The notes beneath the pieces are model-generated. The model worked only from the letters and a program-made list of their open reading frames with translations, ran no database searches and was not told the origin of the DNA. The position numbers and the translations under genes are program-made. DNA of 63,729 nt, the filler included, from Lenisia limosa (lineage: Eukaryota > Protista > Breviatea): NCBI GenBank assembly GCA_001655205.1. It is 15 parts of 15 records of this genome, joined end to end, with 100 filler letters (N's around TTAATTAATTAA, not from the genome) between each part and the next. Parts side by side here need not be neighbours in the genome. Positions count along the whole stretch, not along the records: positions 23,354 to 38,104 come from LPNZ01007861.1; 14 more parts are not named here. One strand, written 5' to 3'. Within the stretch, counting starts at the first letter, position 1. Every line of letters begins with the position of its first letter. This document shows, in pieces, positions 24,005 through 36,815 of this stretch.

Positions 24005-27000
24005 AAACATTTCAGGTTGCTCAGACCTCCGACGCAGGTCTCTAAACGTGGTAACAATTGTGGCGGGAGAAATACACTGCTAATGAAAGAAATCCATAAA
24101 ACATGTCCATAGTTCGCGCCAGTGGCACACTATGTATACCATTTCATATTATTCTGTGGCCAATGAAAGATACTCATTTCGAGTCAATCATAAGATTGGA
24201 GAAATGAACCAATTCCCTGGTCCCTATCAAAAACCAGCGCACCTCCAAAGTCACCAACGGTTCAGTCGAACTGGCCACTAAGTGCGGCGGCCACACGGCT
24301 TCCTCTTCTGCTTGGACTTCTATGAGGTATGTGAAATGGGCTGGTTTTTACTACTCTTTACAAAGCAAGGAACAGCCCAATTGACAGGTTATCGAATATC
24401 AGCGCCAAAGCTCAGACTTGTGTGATCAAAAACCACCCGATGAGGAAAAGGTGTTCATACTATTACGCTATTATGTAATTGCAAAAGGCCAAAGCCAGAG
24501 GCCTACCGCCAAGCTCAGGGCGCGGGCCTTGCATCTTGCCCCCAGGGTGCAAGTCGGATAGAGCCTGGCTGGCCACACTGATGATGGATGACAGCGATGA
24601 GAGGGCAGATAGTCGGCTGAAGAGGTGCGGCGGCTGGGCAGGCTTTGGTGCTTCCTAAATGGAATTATAATGACAAGGTGAAAATTGGACCACTGTATTG
24701 AACTACTTAGTTATATGTAATGTACCATTTTCTCATAAAAGCTCGCCCCGCCCCCCATCATACTTCCTCATAAAGCGAACTTGATGCTGCTTCTAAACCC
24801 ATTAATCGACGAAAAAGTAAGAAGGAAACATTGACTCTTATTGGGATTCAACCCGGTCAATTTTTTAAAAGACCAACCTTTCAAAGACATGATGGGTGAA
24901 AGCTTCGACCTACAATAATCAAATCAGTACATATTCAACATTGTGGTAATACTACTACACAAGCTACAGGTAATAGGACTATGATGATTTAGCTTAAATG
25001 ACCACAATAAATGGACGTGACAAGTTTGAATCCCTCATAGGTTACTCAAATACCCACTCTTGCGGGGGTTCAGGAACAGAGGGAAGAGGCGTCATATCAG
25101 GGGAATTGGAAATGGATCGCGAATGATTCGGGGAGCCCTACTTATTAGCAGACTCAAGATGAAACTGTGGTAAACAGACACTTCAATCAGATGAAAGAAA
25201 CAGTGTCAACGGGTTTTAACATACCAGCCGGTGCAAGGCGGACAAGACGGATGAATCTGAACTCTTCAGTGATAACTTGCGCAGTTGGCTTCTTGTGAGA
25301 TGTTGAGGTGACGTGGGGGATGGAGCTGGCTTGGGAGAGGGGCGAGTTTTCCTATACAGTAACTTCGAATACGCCTCAATACCAAAAATTATATTCAAGA
25401 TATCCGACCAAATAATGGAGATACAATCAGCACGTTTCAAAAATTACAATTGAATTTTACAGCACTGAAATGATACTCCCTAGTCCTACTTGGCTGTAAC
25501 TTTTTTGACAGGAAAAGTGATGTTCTTCATTTTGCGTGGAGTGGGAGGTTTTAGTTTTTGATCTAAAGCAGATCAGAAAGAGCGTCTCAGTATTATCAGT
25601 CAATATAAACCGAATTACCAGGGAAAACATCAATATTTCACCAAAAAAACTCAATAAACATTATTCAAAGTAGAAAAAACAAAATCACAATCTCAGAAGT
25701 GCTACTCACTCGAAGCCACAACATTACAATGACGCAGAAGTACGCTACTACTGTACTTACCTATTGGTGATGAGATGGAGGAAACAAGGGCGCCAGTGAG
25801 AGCAACAAAACTGTTGACTGGGTGCGGCGAAGGTGGAATATCCTTGATGTCGAACTCACTAACTGAATGGGTTCCTGTTGACATTATATAAGTGGTTCAT
25901 AGATGGTCATAATGATAATCCTCAAAATTTTCACAGTCAAAAATGTACCTATTCTTATTCACTGGATTAGAAATAAATCCAAAATCTAACCTGGGGAGGG
26001 CTTCGGGCTGGCAACGCCCATGAATCTAGATAATTGAACTCCATCGGACCCAACAGTGGCAATCTTGCGATCTTTAGTGTATCTGACCCCGCCTTTGGAG
26101 AATGTCAGGGTAGGCCTTCCATCCGAGGCGCTTTCATCTTCATCAGGCGCCCGACTAATCACGGGTTCGTCCGTCACGGTTTCAGCACTATCCACTGCCT
26201 GGGCGCCTGACACGTCGGAAATGGGCGTTATTTTGGGGGACTCCATGGCCTCATCGCTGACAATTGGAGAGTCAAGGGGCTTTCGGCTTCGGCCCTTCGA
26301 ACGCCGCCGCTTCTTCGGTGTCCTGCATTGTTTTATTTAGAATCAAAAGACCTCTGGTATTGGAATTAATTAAACAATTGGGCTATCAAAAAGTAGAAAC
26401 TCTACTCCATTCTGTTAAATGAGAATTGTTCAAAAGAGCATCATATTAAAAATAAAATACCAATTAAATTCCCCTTCAAACCTTCCGTTCACTTCTCTCC
26501 AGTCCTCCCCGAAAATTTCTTCAAGGAATTCCTCCTTGTCGGTGCTGTTTTCTGACTGCGGGGTTGTCTTAAAAATGAGTTGAAAGACGACACTGAAGCA
26601 AAACTCAAAGCCAAATGGAAGAGTAATTGTTTCGATGGGATTTACACTTAGTAGAATCCTCCAAGATGGTTCCGTTGATTCAATTATTTATCACAAAAAT
26701 TACCTTCAATTTAATCTTGTTTGGACTATTCATCACAAAAATAACCTTCAATTTAATCTTGTTTGGATCACAGGTTCTGATGCAAAGCAACAGCATATCC
26801 CCCCCCCCCGCGCCCACATTGGACAACTCAGCTTCAGTCCAAGCAACGTTCCTTGGTGGTTCTTTAGAGAGAAGGCTAGAAACAGGTTTTTGACTGAATA
26901 GTGATAAGGGCTTCATTTTTGGTTTCATGAAGATCTTGAAAATTGTAGTTTTGTAGAAGAGTGGCGCACTCATAATAATACCAAATGCATTAATACTTGA

Positions 27001-27371
27001 GATGCCTACCCCCCAGTGCTGAAACTACGTTAAGCCATACCCACGGTTTTGGAGCAATTACATCAGATGCTGGAGAAATGTGCCGCTGTCGCTTTGCCTA
27101 ATATGTTAATGAATATAAGATATGGGGTGAACATGTTTTATATCATATTATTTGAAATAGTAAAAACACATTTCGAACCACAGAGATAACTTTGTATTGA
27201 AGCCAATAATTCATTACATAAGGGTGAGAAAGAGAGGAGTATCGAACAGAAGGTATCCACAAAATGAATCATCAATATTATGTGATAATGCTTTAGAAAT
27301 GGCTTTGGCCCCCAAACGGAGGCGAACTGGCTGGTAGAATAGCGTTTAGGGCGGGGGGATTCGGAGTCCAT
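24005..27371 (-). CDS. Multi-exon Ser/Pro-rich protein with an NLS-like KKRRR, function unknown
   Basis: About 10 GT-AG-bounded exons from MDSESPRPKRYS; includes TPKKRRRSKGRSRK. No domain recognised. Confidence 0.5.
26686..26768. repeat. Tandem duplication of about 42 bp
   Basis: tcacaaaaat(t/a)accttcaatttaatcttgtttgga x2. Confidence 0.9.
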
Positions 27372-28153
27372 TTCTACAATGTAAAGCAGAGATATGGCAA
27401 AAACGTACGAGGTATATATCATAAATAGTTTTATCTCCAGAAGTAGTACTTTTGTGTTGAGTAATTTACACTGATTTGAATACCACGGAGGGAAAAATTA
27501 AAAAGAGGCCTAAGAGAAAAGAAAAAAACCCCTGTAAGTTGCTTAGAATACTCACAACCAAAAGAAGGCTAGAAGGACAAGCTATGAGTCTATCCTATGT
27601 TTATCAATTTCGCAGAAGTTTACTCAAATGCCCCATTTGTTTGAGCCAGGGGTGGCCTAAAAGGGAGGTATAATTGACAAGAAATGGACACGTATGTCGT
27701 TTTCACGAACCACACCCTATTCATCACAGACCTTGTCTATTGTATGTCAAAGGAGCATGGGTGGCAAGCATGATCAGTCGAGGCAACGGCTAGAATGAGA
27801 GTGATCAAACATAGCGGCCTCTTTTTAAGGTTGAATCTCCAGATACTACTGTACAATGACGATTTCTCCTGGGTTATATGAAAGCTAATAACAACAGCAA
27901 GATGATTAGCTGTAATTAATTGACTTGCGGCAATAACACGTGGAATTTCAGCTCTTTTCGGAAAACTGGACTAATAAGGCAAGTTCTGGTTTTTTGTACC
28001 ACCTATGTTTTTTTAATATTTAATATATCTATTTTTTTTCTCGTCGCATCTTAATTCTATCTTCTTTCTATGAAGTTAGAAATCTTTTTGTGTTTGGTGT
28101 ATTGTGAGACGTTGGAGCAAGCGTTGTAAATAGAATACTCGGAATACTCCATC

Positions 28154-29646
28154 ATGAAGGTGATCAATGCCACGGAAGACCACGCGCAATCCATTGCCGA
28201 CATTTATAATTATCATATTTTGAATAGTAGGATGGTATGATTTGAGAAAATAAGATAACTGTTAAACGAGACCCCCCGGAAGATATTGCTCTTGGTATCT
28301 TCGCCTTCATTCCCATTAGCACTGGTGACATTTGAGACCGCCGAGCTTTCTGCTTCTGACATATTCGGCCGGATCCAGACAATTCAAAACAGGTATATTC
28401 TGTGGAGTGGAATAGTGACAAAAATAATCTTGGGTCTGGTCCCATCTTGTGTCTGATTTCGCATCTTTATACTCCAGTTTACAGCTGCCCTACATTGTTT
28501 GTGTGACAGACGAAGGAGATGTCATGGGGTATGCATACGCGACTTTATTCAGAGACCGAGCCGCGTATAAGTATTCGTGTAGGCTGGGCGTAGGCAGTTC
28601 ACAGATGTGCAAGACAGATTTTTGGCTTAATTCATCTTTCATACGTGTGGTTTGGATAAACTACATTCACTTGTACCCAAATGAATTATCGATAAGTCTA
28701 CTGGTGACAATGAAAATTTATAACACAATGCGATGAAAGAAGACAAGACACAACCCCCTCCCCACCCTGTTTATATAGTTCATATTTCAGTGGAAGAGTC
28801 AGTCTACGTGAGTAATGACCACCATCGAAAGGGAGTTGGCACAGTTCTGCTCAATGAGGTGCGTTAGTTTGTCGGTTTCACAAATTTGTGGATATTTCAT
28901 TGATTATTGTTTGTCATTCCGCTCTTTTCTATACTCCTCACCAGTGCCGCCTAGATCATAAAAAGATGTCGAGATTTGGGTGTGAAGAGTCTCATGGCAA
29001 TCACGGGTCTCGAGCCTGATACACATAACTTCCATCTCAAAATGGGGTTCGAGCAGGTTAGAATGGATCCTGGAAATTGATGTGGGAAATACTCCCCCCA
29101 CTTAGCCAATTTCATGGCTCAGATGTGGGAAAAGCAAGTCTGGAACTGATTTCTCATTTCATTGAAGATGGGTTTAGGTCTCATTTCCTTCATTCTCATG
29201 AGATATGTAGGTCGGCATAATGAAGGACATTGGATGGAAGATGGGAGGGTGGGTGTCAAGGTAAGGGGATGTCCAGACTAGTGTTTATTGTTATTTATTG
29301 CGAAATTTCTGTTAGCTCTTGCGTTGTTTTCACCGATGGGATGCGGTGCTGCAGAAGCGACTGACCTGGGCTTTGTTTTTTTTTTGTGTTTTTTTTTGTT
29401 ATCAACCCTTGTGTGTTGTCAGCCAACAGAGTTGGTTTCGGACTTTTTTTTTGTTTCATAAATTTTCCAATTTTTCTCGCCACCGATGGTATCTGTTCAG
29501 TGATCAATCTCTTTCCTTTCAGTTTTCACATTAATCCACTTTTTACAAATTGATGCCTATTAATGACTCTCAGGTCTTTGTACCAATTGATGCTTAATAA
29601 TGACTCTGGCACCAAGGGAAACGGATTCAACCCAAAACACCTGTAA
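28154..29646 (+). CDS. GNAT acetyltransferase, phosphinothricin/methionine-sulfoximine N-acetyltransferase (PAT/YncA-like) family, 7 exons
   Basis: Spliced: MKVINATEDHAQSIADIYNYHILNTLVTFETAELS...GYAYATLFRDRAAYKYSLEESVYVSNDHHRKGVGTVLLNE...FHLKMGFEQVGIMKDIGWKMGGWVSRSLYQLML. Confidence 0.85.
29335..29480 (+). repeat. Family B full copy, mid-intron, flanked by a 9-bp direct repeat
   Basis: caccgatgg at 29331-29339 and 29481-29489. Confidence 0.85.
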
Positions 29647-29896
29647 CTTGGTGTCTACGATATGATATGTTAAATGTGTAATTGTTATGGTTAAATGGTA
29701 ATTGAAATCTTATTTATTCTCAAACCGGCCTGTCACAACCTTTATTCCCTTTATTTGTTACAGGTCCACATAGTATTATATAACACCAGGATTTCAACAT
29801 ATCATATGATGTTAATATCATATGTGTATTCTTAAATCCGGGTGAAATCAAATAAATAATCTATAACATTAGCAAAAAGAGAAGAAATCCACTACA

Positions 29897-32016
29897 CTAA
29901 AACAAGATCCACCAAATAGTAACCATCGACAGGGCCCCTGCAACAGCAAGAGGGGCGTACTTCCTGAAGGCTGCCAAACGGTTGAGGTAGCGACTCTTGT
30001 CACGGTATCTTTTGCTTTCTGCCGAGAGTTCACTTGATAAGGATGCGATATTCTCGAGTTTCTTCCCACGGTCGAGCACTTCCTGCGAAATTAGGACAAT
30101 TCTGATGGTCGTAATGGAACCCCGGCTCAAAAGGAGGTACCCAATGAGTAAAAAAACAATGGCAGTCATTTTTTTTTTATTTCCGACAGACTTCCAGCAG
30201 TTATGTCAATTAAATAAATATTCAACTTAATCTAAGTTCCTAAACGCCAGACTCATCAATGTGTATTTGTATTTGATTGTATAAATCTATTTCAAAAAGG
30301 CAAAACATCAAGAGCTTATTCACCTGGCATTAAAAAAACTAGCTAAATAGAGCGGTGCTAAAAAAGCCAAGTGTCCGAAAGCCTTCCGGTTCACTTCTCC
30401 ATAACATCCAAGCAAATTTTGGTAAATTTAACTATGATATAGTGTACTATATATGATATATAGTACATGTAATATACAATATGATATGAATATATCATTT
30501 GATATGATAATTGTAGAGAGATGAGAAATAAAACAAGGTTGTATCTAGCCGAAGCAATCCAATATAGTATTAATTCACCCAATCATTTACCTTACAACTA
30601 TCATGAATAAGGACAAAAGCCCCTGCAAAACAACCCAGGTAGGCCCTCGTTTGTAAACGTTCATAGCCTTGCCCTCTGACCTCGATGTTTTTGGCCATTA
30701 CGTGCTGTATTTGGCCGAGTTCATTTGTCAGCTGTGACAGTTGCACTGCGTTACTATCGTACATTTTCAAGGTCTTCTGAATGAATGTATCTGGGGGTGA
30801 GGAATGAATAAGACACTGTGATATTCAACAAAACGTCAAGCAGACCAGCTGAAAATAAAATTCAAAAAATCAAGACAGCACATACCAAATTTCAAGAATC
30901 TATATGGTCTAGCCTGGGACTCGACTTCTCTCCCATGAACGGAGTCAAACTCCTTTCTGACATCATCTGAAGATATGATGACGTGTGCAATTTTTAGAGA
31001 GGAGGAGGGAGAAGATATGATGACGTGCAATTTTTAGGGAGGAGGAGGGAGAAGATATGATGACGTGCAATTTTTAGGGAGGGAGGGAGAAGAAATGATG
31101 ACATGCAATTATTAGGGAGGAGGGAGAAGATATGATGACGCGCAATTTTTAGGGAGGGAGGGAGAAGATTGGAGAAAATCAATATCGTATGTACCTTGGT
31201 AATTAATGTTAACTTCCAGTTATGTGCGGTCCCCTATGGACAAAAAATAAAGAACAATAAGGATATTTTTTATCAAGGATAAATTGAGAAAGCTGCTTGG
31301 GTACTATTCCGAAGAAAGGAATGAAGGGGTGATAATAAATGTATGATAATAGTGTTGCAAATTTTAATGAATGAACCGACGCACACACACAAAATGGGAT
31401 ATTGAATTTGATAAAGAATATTTCATTTCATATAAACATATATATAGCATCCGAAAGTGGGTAATAATAATGATATATAGTAAAGAACAAAGGCAAAGCA
31501 CTCGCGAGTATAAAAGTTAATTATACACCAAATCAAGTTTCTTTCAAGCAAATCCGAAATATCATCAGCTGATATCAATAATCACCACTTACCAAGGAAG
31601 GAGTGGGCGAGTTTCTTATTGAAAGACTCTGTACACACACACATGTAAATAACGTTGTGCGAGATGATGTAACTGTTGAATTAGGAAAATGATTAGAAAG
31701 GGGGCAGCAGACCCCTTCTTACAAGGTAACCATTTATCATAATTTCATTAACATAAAAAGTTTCTCACTAATCCCCTCACGCAATATAATAAGAACCGGA
31801 GTCAATGATAACTGATGGCGGTGAAGATGATACCAAGGATCTAGCTAGCTTCTTGCACTCCGACTAATGTGTCAATAAAAATTACAACAGTAAAACAACT
31901 AACAGTGTAGACCTTACCTGTTGCTTGGAGAGGTCTTCTACTTCCAGGCTTGACGAAGATGAGGAACAGAGTGGCAGTCCATCACCAAGACGGTAAATAA
32001 TCGTTTGGAGTACCAT
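29897..32016 (-). CDS. SEC22: Vesicle-trafficking R-SNARE SEC22 (longin, SNARE and TM segments)
   Basis: MVLQTIIYRLGDGLPL, KKLAHSFL, ARPYRFLKFDTFIQKT, IQHVMAKNIE|EVLDRGKKLE and a C-terminal TM segment. Confidence 0.92.
30969..31170. repeat. Minisatellite, five 37-42-bp units, in a SEC22 intron next to the acceptor
   Basis: Unit gaagatatgatgacgtgcaatttttagggaggaggga starting at 30969, 31011, 31051, 31089 and 31126. Confidence 0.95.
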
Positions 32017-32187
32017 TATTACAAGCTCCGTTATCCACTTTTATCTCGTATTTTAAACGTAAATATATAAATATCAATTATTAGCTTGTGAGCGGATAGA
32101 GGGTCTTTCAGTCTAGTTTTTTGGTGATAAGGGATTCCCGGTACGGGGTTTTTAAGCCTGCCAATTTTCAAAAAAAAGCTTGTTAAA

Positions 32188-35100
32188 ATGGCAGATGAAC
32201 CGTCCGCGGGGCAATTGGAGCTCCTTAACAAGGGCTACCAGGGTATATTTGACGTTTTGAGCGATGGGGATGAATGTGATGAAGTACCTATGAAGCCCAC
32301 GACAAGGGTCGCCTCTGATATTAAACAGAATAATGAAAAAAACGCCGAAGAAAGGAAGGACATTCCATTTCCATGGAAACCTGTAATTGCCATACTTCTC
32401 TGTAGTATCCTCCTCAAGGTTTTTCTATTCCCTGCCTAGTAGGCGATGTGTATAATTTTGACAAATGTAATGTATCATATATCAAGTGTAAATTAATTCC
32501 AAAAGTTACTGACGGTTCACATGTAACCCTTTAGTTATTCAACCGATTTTGAAGTTCATCGCAACTGGTTGTCTATCACTTATGCCCTTCCTGTCACCGA
32601 GTGGTACACTGAGGTTGGCTGTTAAGGGAATGATTATAGTTTGAAATAATTGATTTTGATAATGTATAATGAGAATGTGAAAGTTAATTTGGTATTTCTC
32701 GTTCTTCCCCCAATTTATATCCAAGGACACCTCAATTTGGACTCTGGACTACCCCCCTCTTTTTGCGTACTTTGAGTGGGTACTTGCCCAGATTGCCGCC
32801 GTTGTTGCACCATCAATTCTATACATCCAGGAGGATGCCAGTCCTGCTCAACCGTGGGTTCTTGTCAGGCTTAAACGCTTTAGAACTATGGCGCTAGCGC
32901 GTCATCAAATAAATGTAGCACTCTGTATTCAACAGCTATTTCTCTTCAACAGCTATATTTCACATCTGTGTAGAGTATTTTTACAGTCCTGAAAAAATAT
33001 ATAAAAAAAGTCTTGCGGTGTGTCTTCAGCCTTGCTAGCCTTAATTCACGTCTATTTTGTTAAAATTTGGAGACCGTTTCAGTCTGGTTACTGATGTTGT
33101 AGGTGGGTGGCAGTTGTCTTCCAAAGAACAACTGTGATTGTGACCGAATTCGTTCTCTTTGCTGCTATTATTTGGTTAGTGGTATAGCCGGAAAACGGGT
33201 GTTGATTTCATCGCTGCTCTTATTTCTTCCATCTTTTCATCTTTTGTGTTTATTTTTATACCCCCCCCCCCCCNNNNNNNNNNNNNNNNNNNNNNNNNNN
33301 NNNNNNNNNNNNNNNNNNNNNNNNNNNNNNNNNNNNNNNNNNNNNNNNNNNGGTGAATTTATACCACAAATATTATAGGTGTGGACAGCTTCGGCCAGAT
33401 ACTCCCTTATTTTTTTCTTCTAAAGATACCCCCCACTTGTGGTTACTGTTCTAGGGGTTTTGCACCGCAAGCAGTGAGGTCAAAGCTGACAATTTGTCTC
33501 ATGTTGGTTGCTTTCAACCCAGGACTTCTCATTGTTGATCGTACGTGGGATTAGACGGATTGCAGATCTAAGGATCAGAGTCGATGCTTATCACCATGAC
33601 CCTTAGATCTCGTAAAGCACCAAGGCTTGTTTGACTCAAAGTGAATGCAAATTTGGTAGAAATTCCAGCGTCAAGCAATTTTCAGTCAGTAACCCATTCA
33701 GACATGCACTTCCAGTACAATGGCTACCTTTACGGTATTTATGGCTTCGCGCTTGTTGCTGCTCTCAAGGTAGGTTATAAAATGTATTCTTTCTATTTGA
33801 ACTTTTTACTTCTTTGTCATCCTGGTGAACAGCCATCTCACCCTTCGATAGAACAAACCGCTTTTGGCAATGTTCCTCTTTGGGGCGACTCTTCTCTCGA
33901 AGCACATTTTCCTCTACGTGGCACCGATTTGGGCTGTTTATGTTTTCCGTTCATTCTGCTCGCCCTTGAAGCAGCGGGGTAAAAGGGGCTTCGTTTTGTT
34001 CCAAAAACAACGGGCTTACTCGATATTTTCGAGCATTTTCTCTCTTGGATATCTGATATACTACATACATACATTTCCTCTGCTACCAGTATCGTATCAT
34101 AAAATCATGCGCTATATACATTGGCCGTGTCTTTTTTTTTCTGAAGGTAACTCTGATTACTGTATATTTGCTCTATATATCTGACATTTAATGCTGCAGT
34201 TGTCGGGATGAAGAAACTGATTACGTCTCAATCTGTGCCTGTCTTGGTTGAGGGCTCCTCAAAGAAGAACTACGCTATGCCGGCTCTGGTAAGCTTAGAG
34301 CTGTTAGAGCGATTTGTATTGGACAGAGTATTCTCACCACCAGTCGCCATGTTTATTTACGGATTCGGACGGCTTGGAGGGTGATGCGTTCTACCAGGCT
34401 CAGGCCGATGGAACGTTTAAGTGGGGGGGGGGGGGGNNNNNNNNNNNNNNNNNNNNNNNNNNNNNNNNNNNNNNNNNNNNNNNNNNNNNNNNNNNNNNNN
34501 NNNNNNNNNNNNNNNNNNNNNNNNNNNNNNNNNNNNNNNNNNNNNNNNNNNNNNNNNNNNNNNNNNNNNNNNNNNNNNNNNNNNNNNNNNNNNNNNNNNN
34601 NNNNNNNNNNNNNNNNNNNNNNNNNNNNNNNNNNNNNNNNNNNNNNNNNNNNNNNNNNNTACATTTAATCATAAAGGCATATTTTATTCTCAAATTACAT
34701 CTGTCAAATGTTCAGTAGAAGGAACACCATTGCCCAGTTTAATTTGTTGCAGCATCCGAGACTAATGTGCCAAATGTCCAAATGGTGCCTGTTTTGAACT
34801 GGTCCAAAATGGTGATAGCGTCAGTTGAGGCTGGTCTTTGTGGGGGGGGGGGGGTNNNNNNNNNNNNNNNNNNNNNNNNNNNNNNNNNNNNNNNNNNNNN
34901 NNNNNNNNNNNNNNNNNNNNNNNNNNNNNCTATCAGGGAAATATCAGTATTATTTTCCTGATTATATAGAGCTTGTTGGGTATCATTTATCAAAATAAAA
35001 TCATAGTATCATAATTGTACTTCTTTTTTCTCTCATGCTTTTAGTCACCTTGGTCAGCCTTTTCCCGGTTTGTTCTGGAGACCTGCCAAACGCAAAAGAG

Positions 35101-36668
35101 CAGGTTTGGGGTTGCTTGTCGGGGTTGTTTTGAAGTCATGTATCTCCAATAGAGTTGTTGATGGTTTCTATTTTTCTTTACTCACCCACGCTTCAGCTTG
35201 TCAATATTCTTGGCCGTCTGTTCCCCTCAGCCGAGCGCGGTTTGACTCACAGTTATTGGGCTGGCAACTTCTGGGCCCTTTACAATACTGCTGACAGAGC
35301 TGCCGGGTTAATTAGTGAGGGGTCGTGTGTATGTGTTTGGGGATGCCTTTCCACTCGAGTGTGTTTTTTTATAAAATTGTTCGCCTTTTTACCTACTTTG
35401 TTATTCTTCCATGTTCATGTTCCCTCCCCATCGCATTTCCACTAATACAGCAGAGCACAAGCTCCTAGGTTTCCCAGCCATTGCCTCTGGGCTGACTTCT
35501 GGTAGCGTGGCCCCTCAGGCGCATTCCGTATTATTCTCTGTGACCCCTCTTTCGACAGTGTTTCTGACTTTGGTGGCAATGGTTGTATGTGGGGGTAAGA
35601 AAAACGGGTGCTGGAGTATTATTGGCAATTACTGTTTAGTCTATGGATATTAACCTCTCAGCCGTCGCTGCGGCTCATTTGGAACAAACCTACCGGGATG
35701 TCCCTTGTACTGGCCTCAAGCCATGCTGCGCTCTCCTCCTTTATCTTTGGCTGGCACGTGCATGAGAAGGCAATCATGATGACCACTATTCCGCTTATGT
35801 AAGCAAAAACTCGCATCCCCCCCTCCCTTCTTTTGTTCATATTGAAGGAAGTGCTTTTGTTTGAGAGATGATATTTCCAGCATTTTGGTTTCTTGGCTTT
35901 TGGGGGTTCATGATGAATGACAACTTTCCCATCCAACCCTCATATTTCAGTTTTCTCTTCCCCTTCGCCCCCGTCCGCCTCCAGCGCACCTGGTTCATCC
36001 TCACAATAGCCTCTTCTATCGCTCTATTCCCCCTGATTGATGGTAGGACTTTTGTTCATGTATACGTATACTCTTATTGTTAGTAGGGAGCCTCTGGATA
36101 TGAGAGTGTCACCTGTATTTTTTTTTCATTTTTTTTTTCTCATAATTTTTTTTTACAGAGTTTTACCCACCTCCCCAGGTACCTACTCCACTTTAGCCTG
36201 CTTTGCTGTGACTGCTCTCTATGCTGCTGCTGTTCTTTACATGATACCAGCCCTGAGAGGGTTTGCCCGATTGGATCTTGCCTTACTAGGTGAGGAGGAA
36301 AAGTCACAAACCAAATTCATCTCCAAACAATCTTTACTGACCCCCAAATCCATTTTTATTATAATTGTTATTATTTTAATAAACAAATATTCTTTCAAAT
36401 AATAATCTATCTTTGAGGTTTCATTTTTTTTATCGGGCTGCTCCCCAATATATCGATTTTCATCAGGAATTATCGGTCCTGAACATAGTAATGCTGAAGA
36501 CACAAGTGTATTATTTTCACGCATTTAGCTCTCATTACCGTGGCCAGTTTGAGTCCCCTGTTCTCCCCTCCATCGCTTCCCTTCCTCCCCTTGATGATCC
36601 ACAGTGATGTCACAGCCTTGGTGGTGTTTGTAGCATGGGCGCAAATGGTGATGGTTATGAATTTATAG
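32188..36668 (+). CDS. ALG8: Dolichyl-PP-Glc1Man9GlcNAc2 alpha-1,3-glucosyltransferase ALG8
   Basis: [69 protein letters not shown] and C-terminal LPFLPLM. Confidence 0.93.
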
Positions 36669-36815
36669 GGGATTGTTGACTTTTGATAAATGTTGTTTCA
36701 TGTCTTGTGATGGCACGTTTCTGCTCATGAACCAAGTTGCCAAATGAATGAATATCTGTATATAATAATAGAACCTGTGCGGGGGCTCCACGCCTCCACA
36801 CGGCTTAACAGCGGC

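Noticed and set aside
30969-31170. CRISPR-like array
   Set aside because: The units are contiguous with no unique spacers, the context is a eukaryotic intron, and there are no cas genes.
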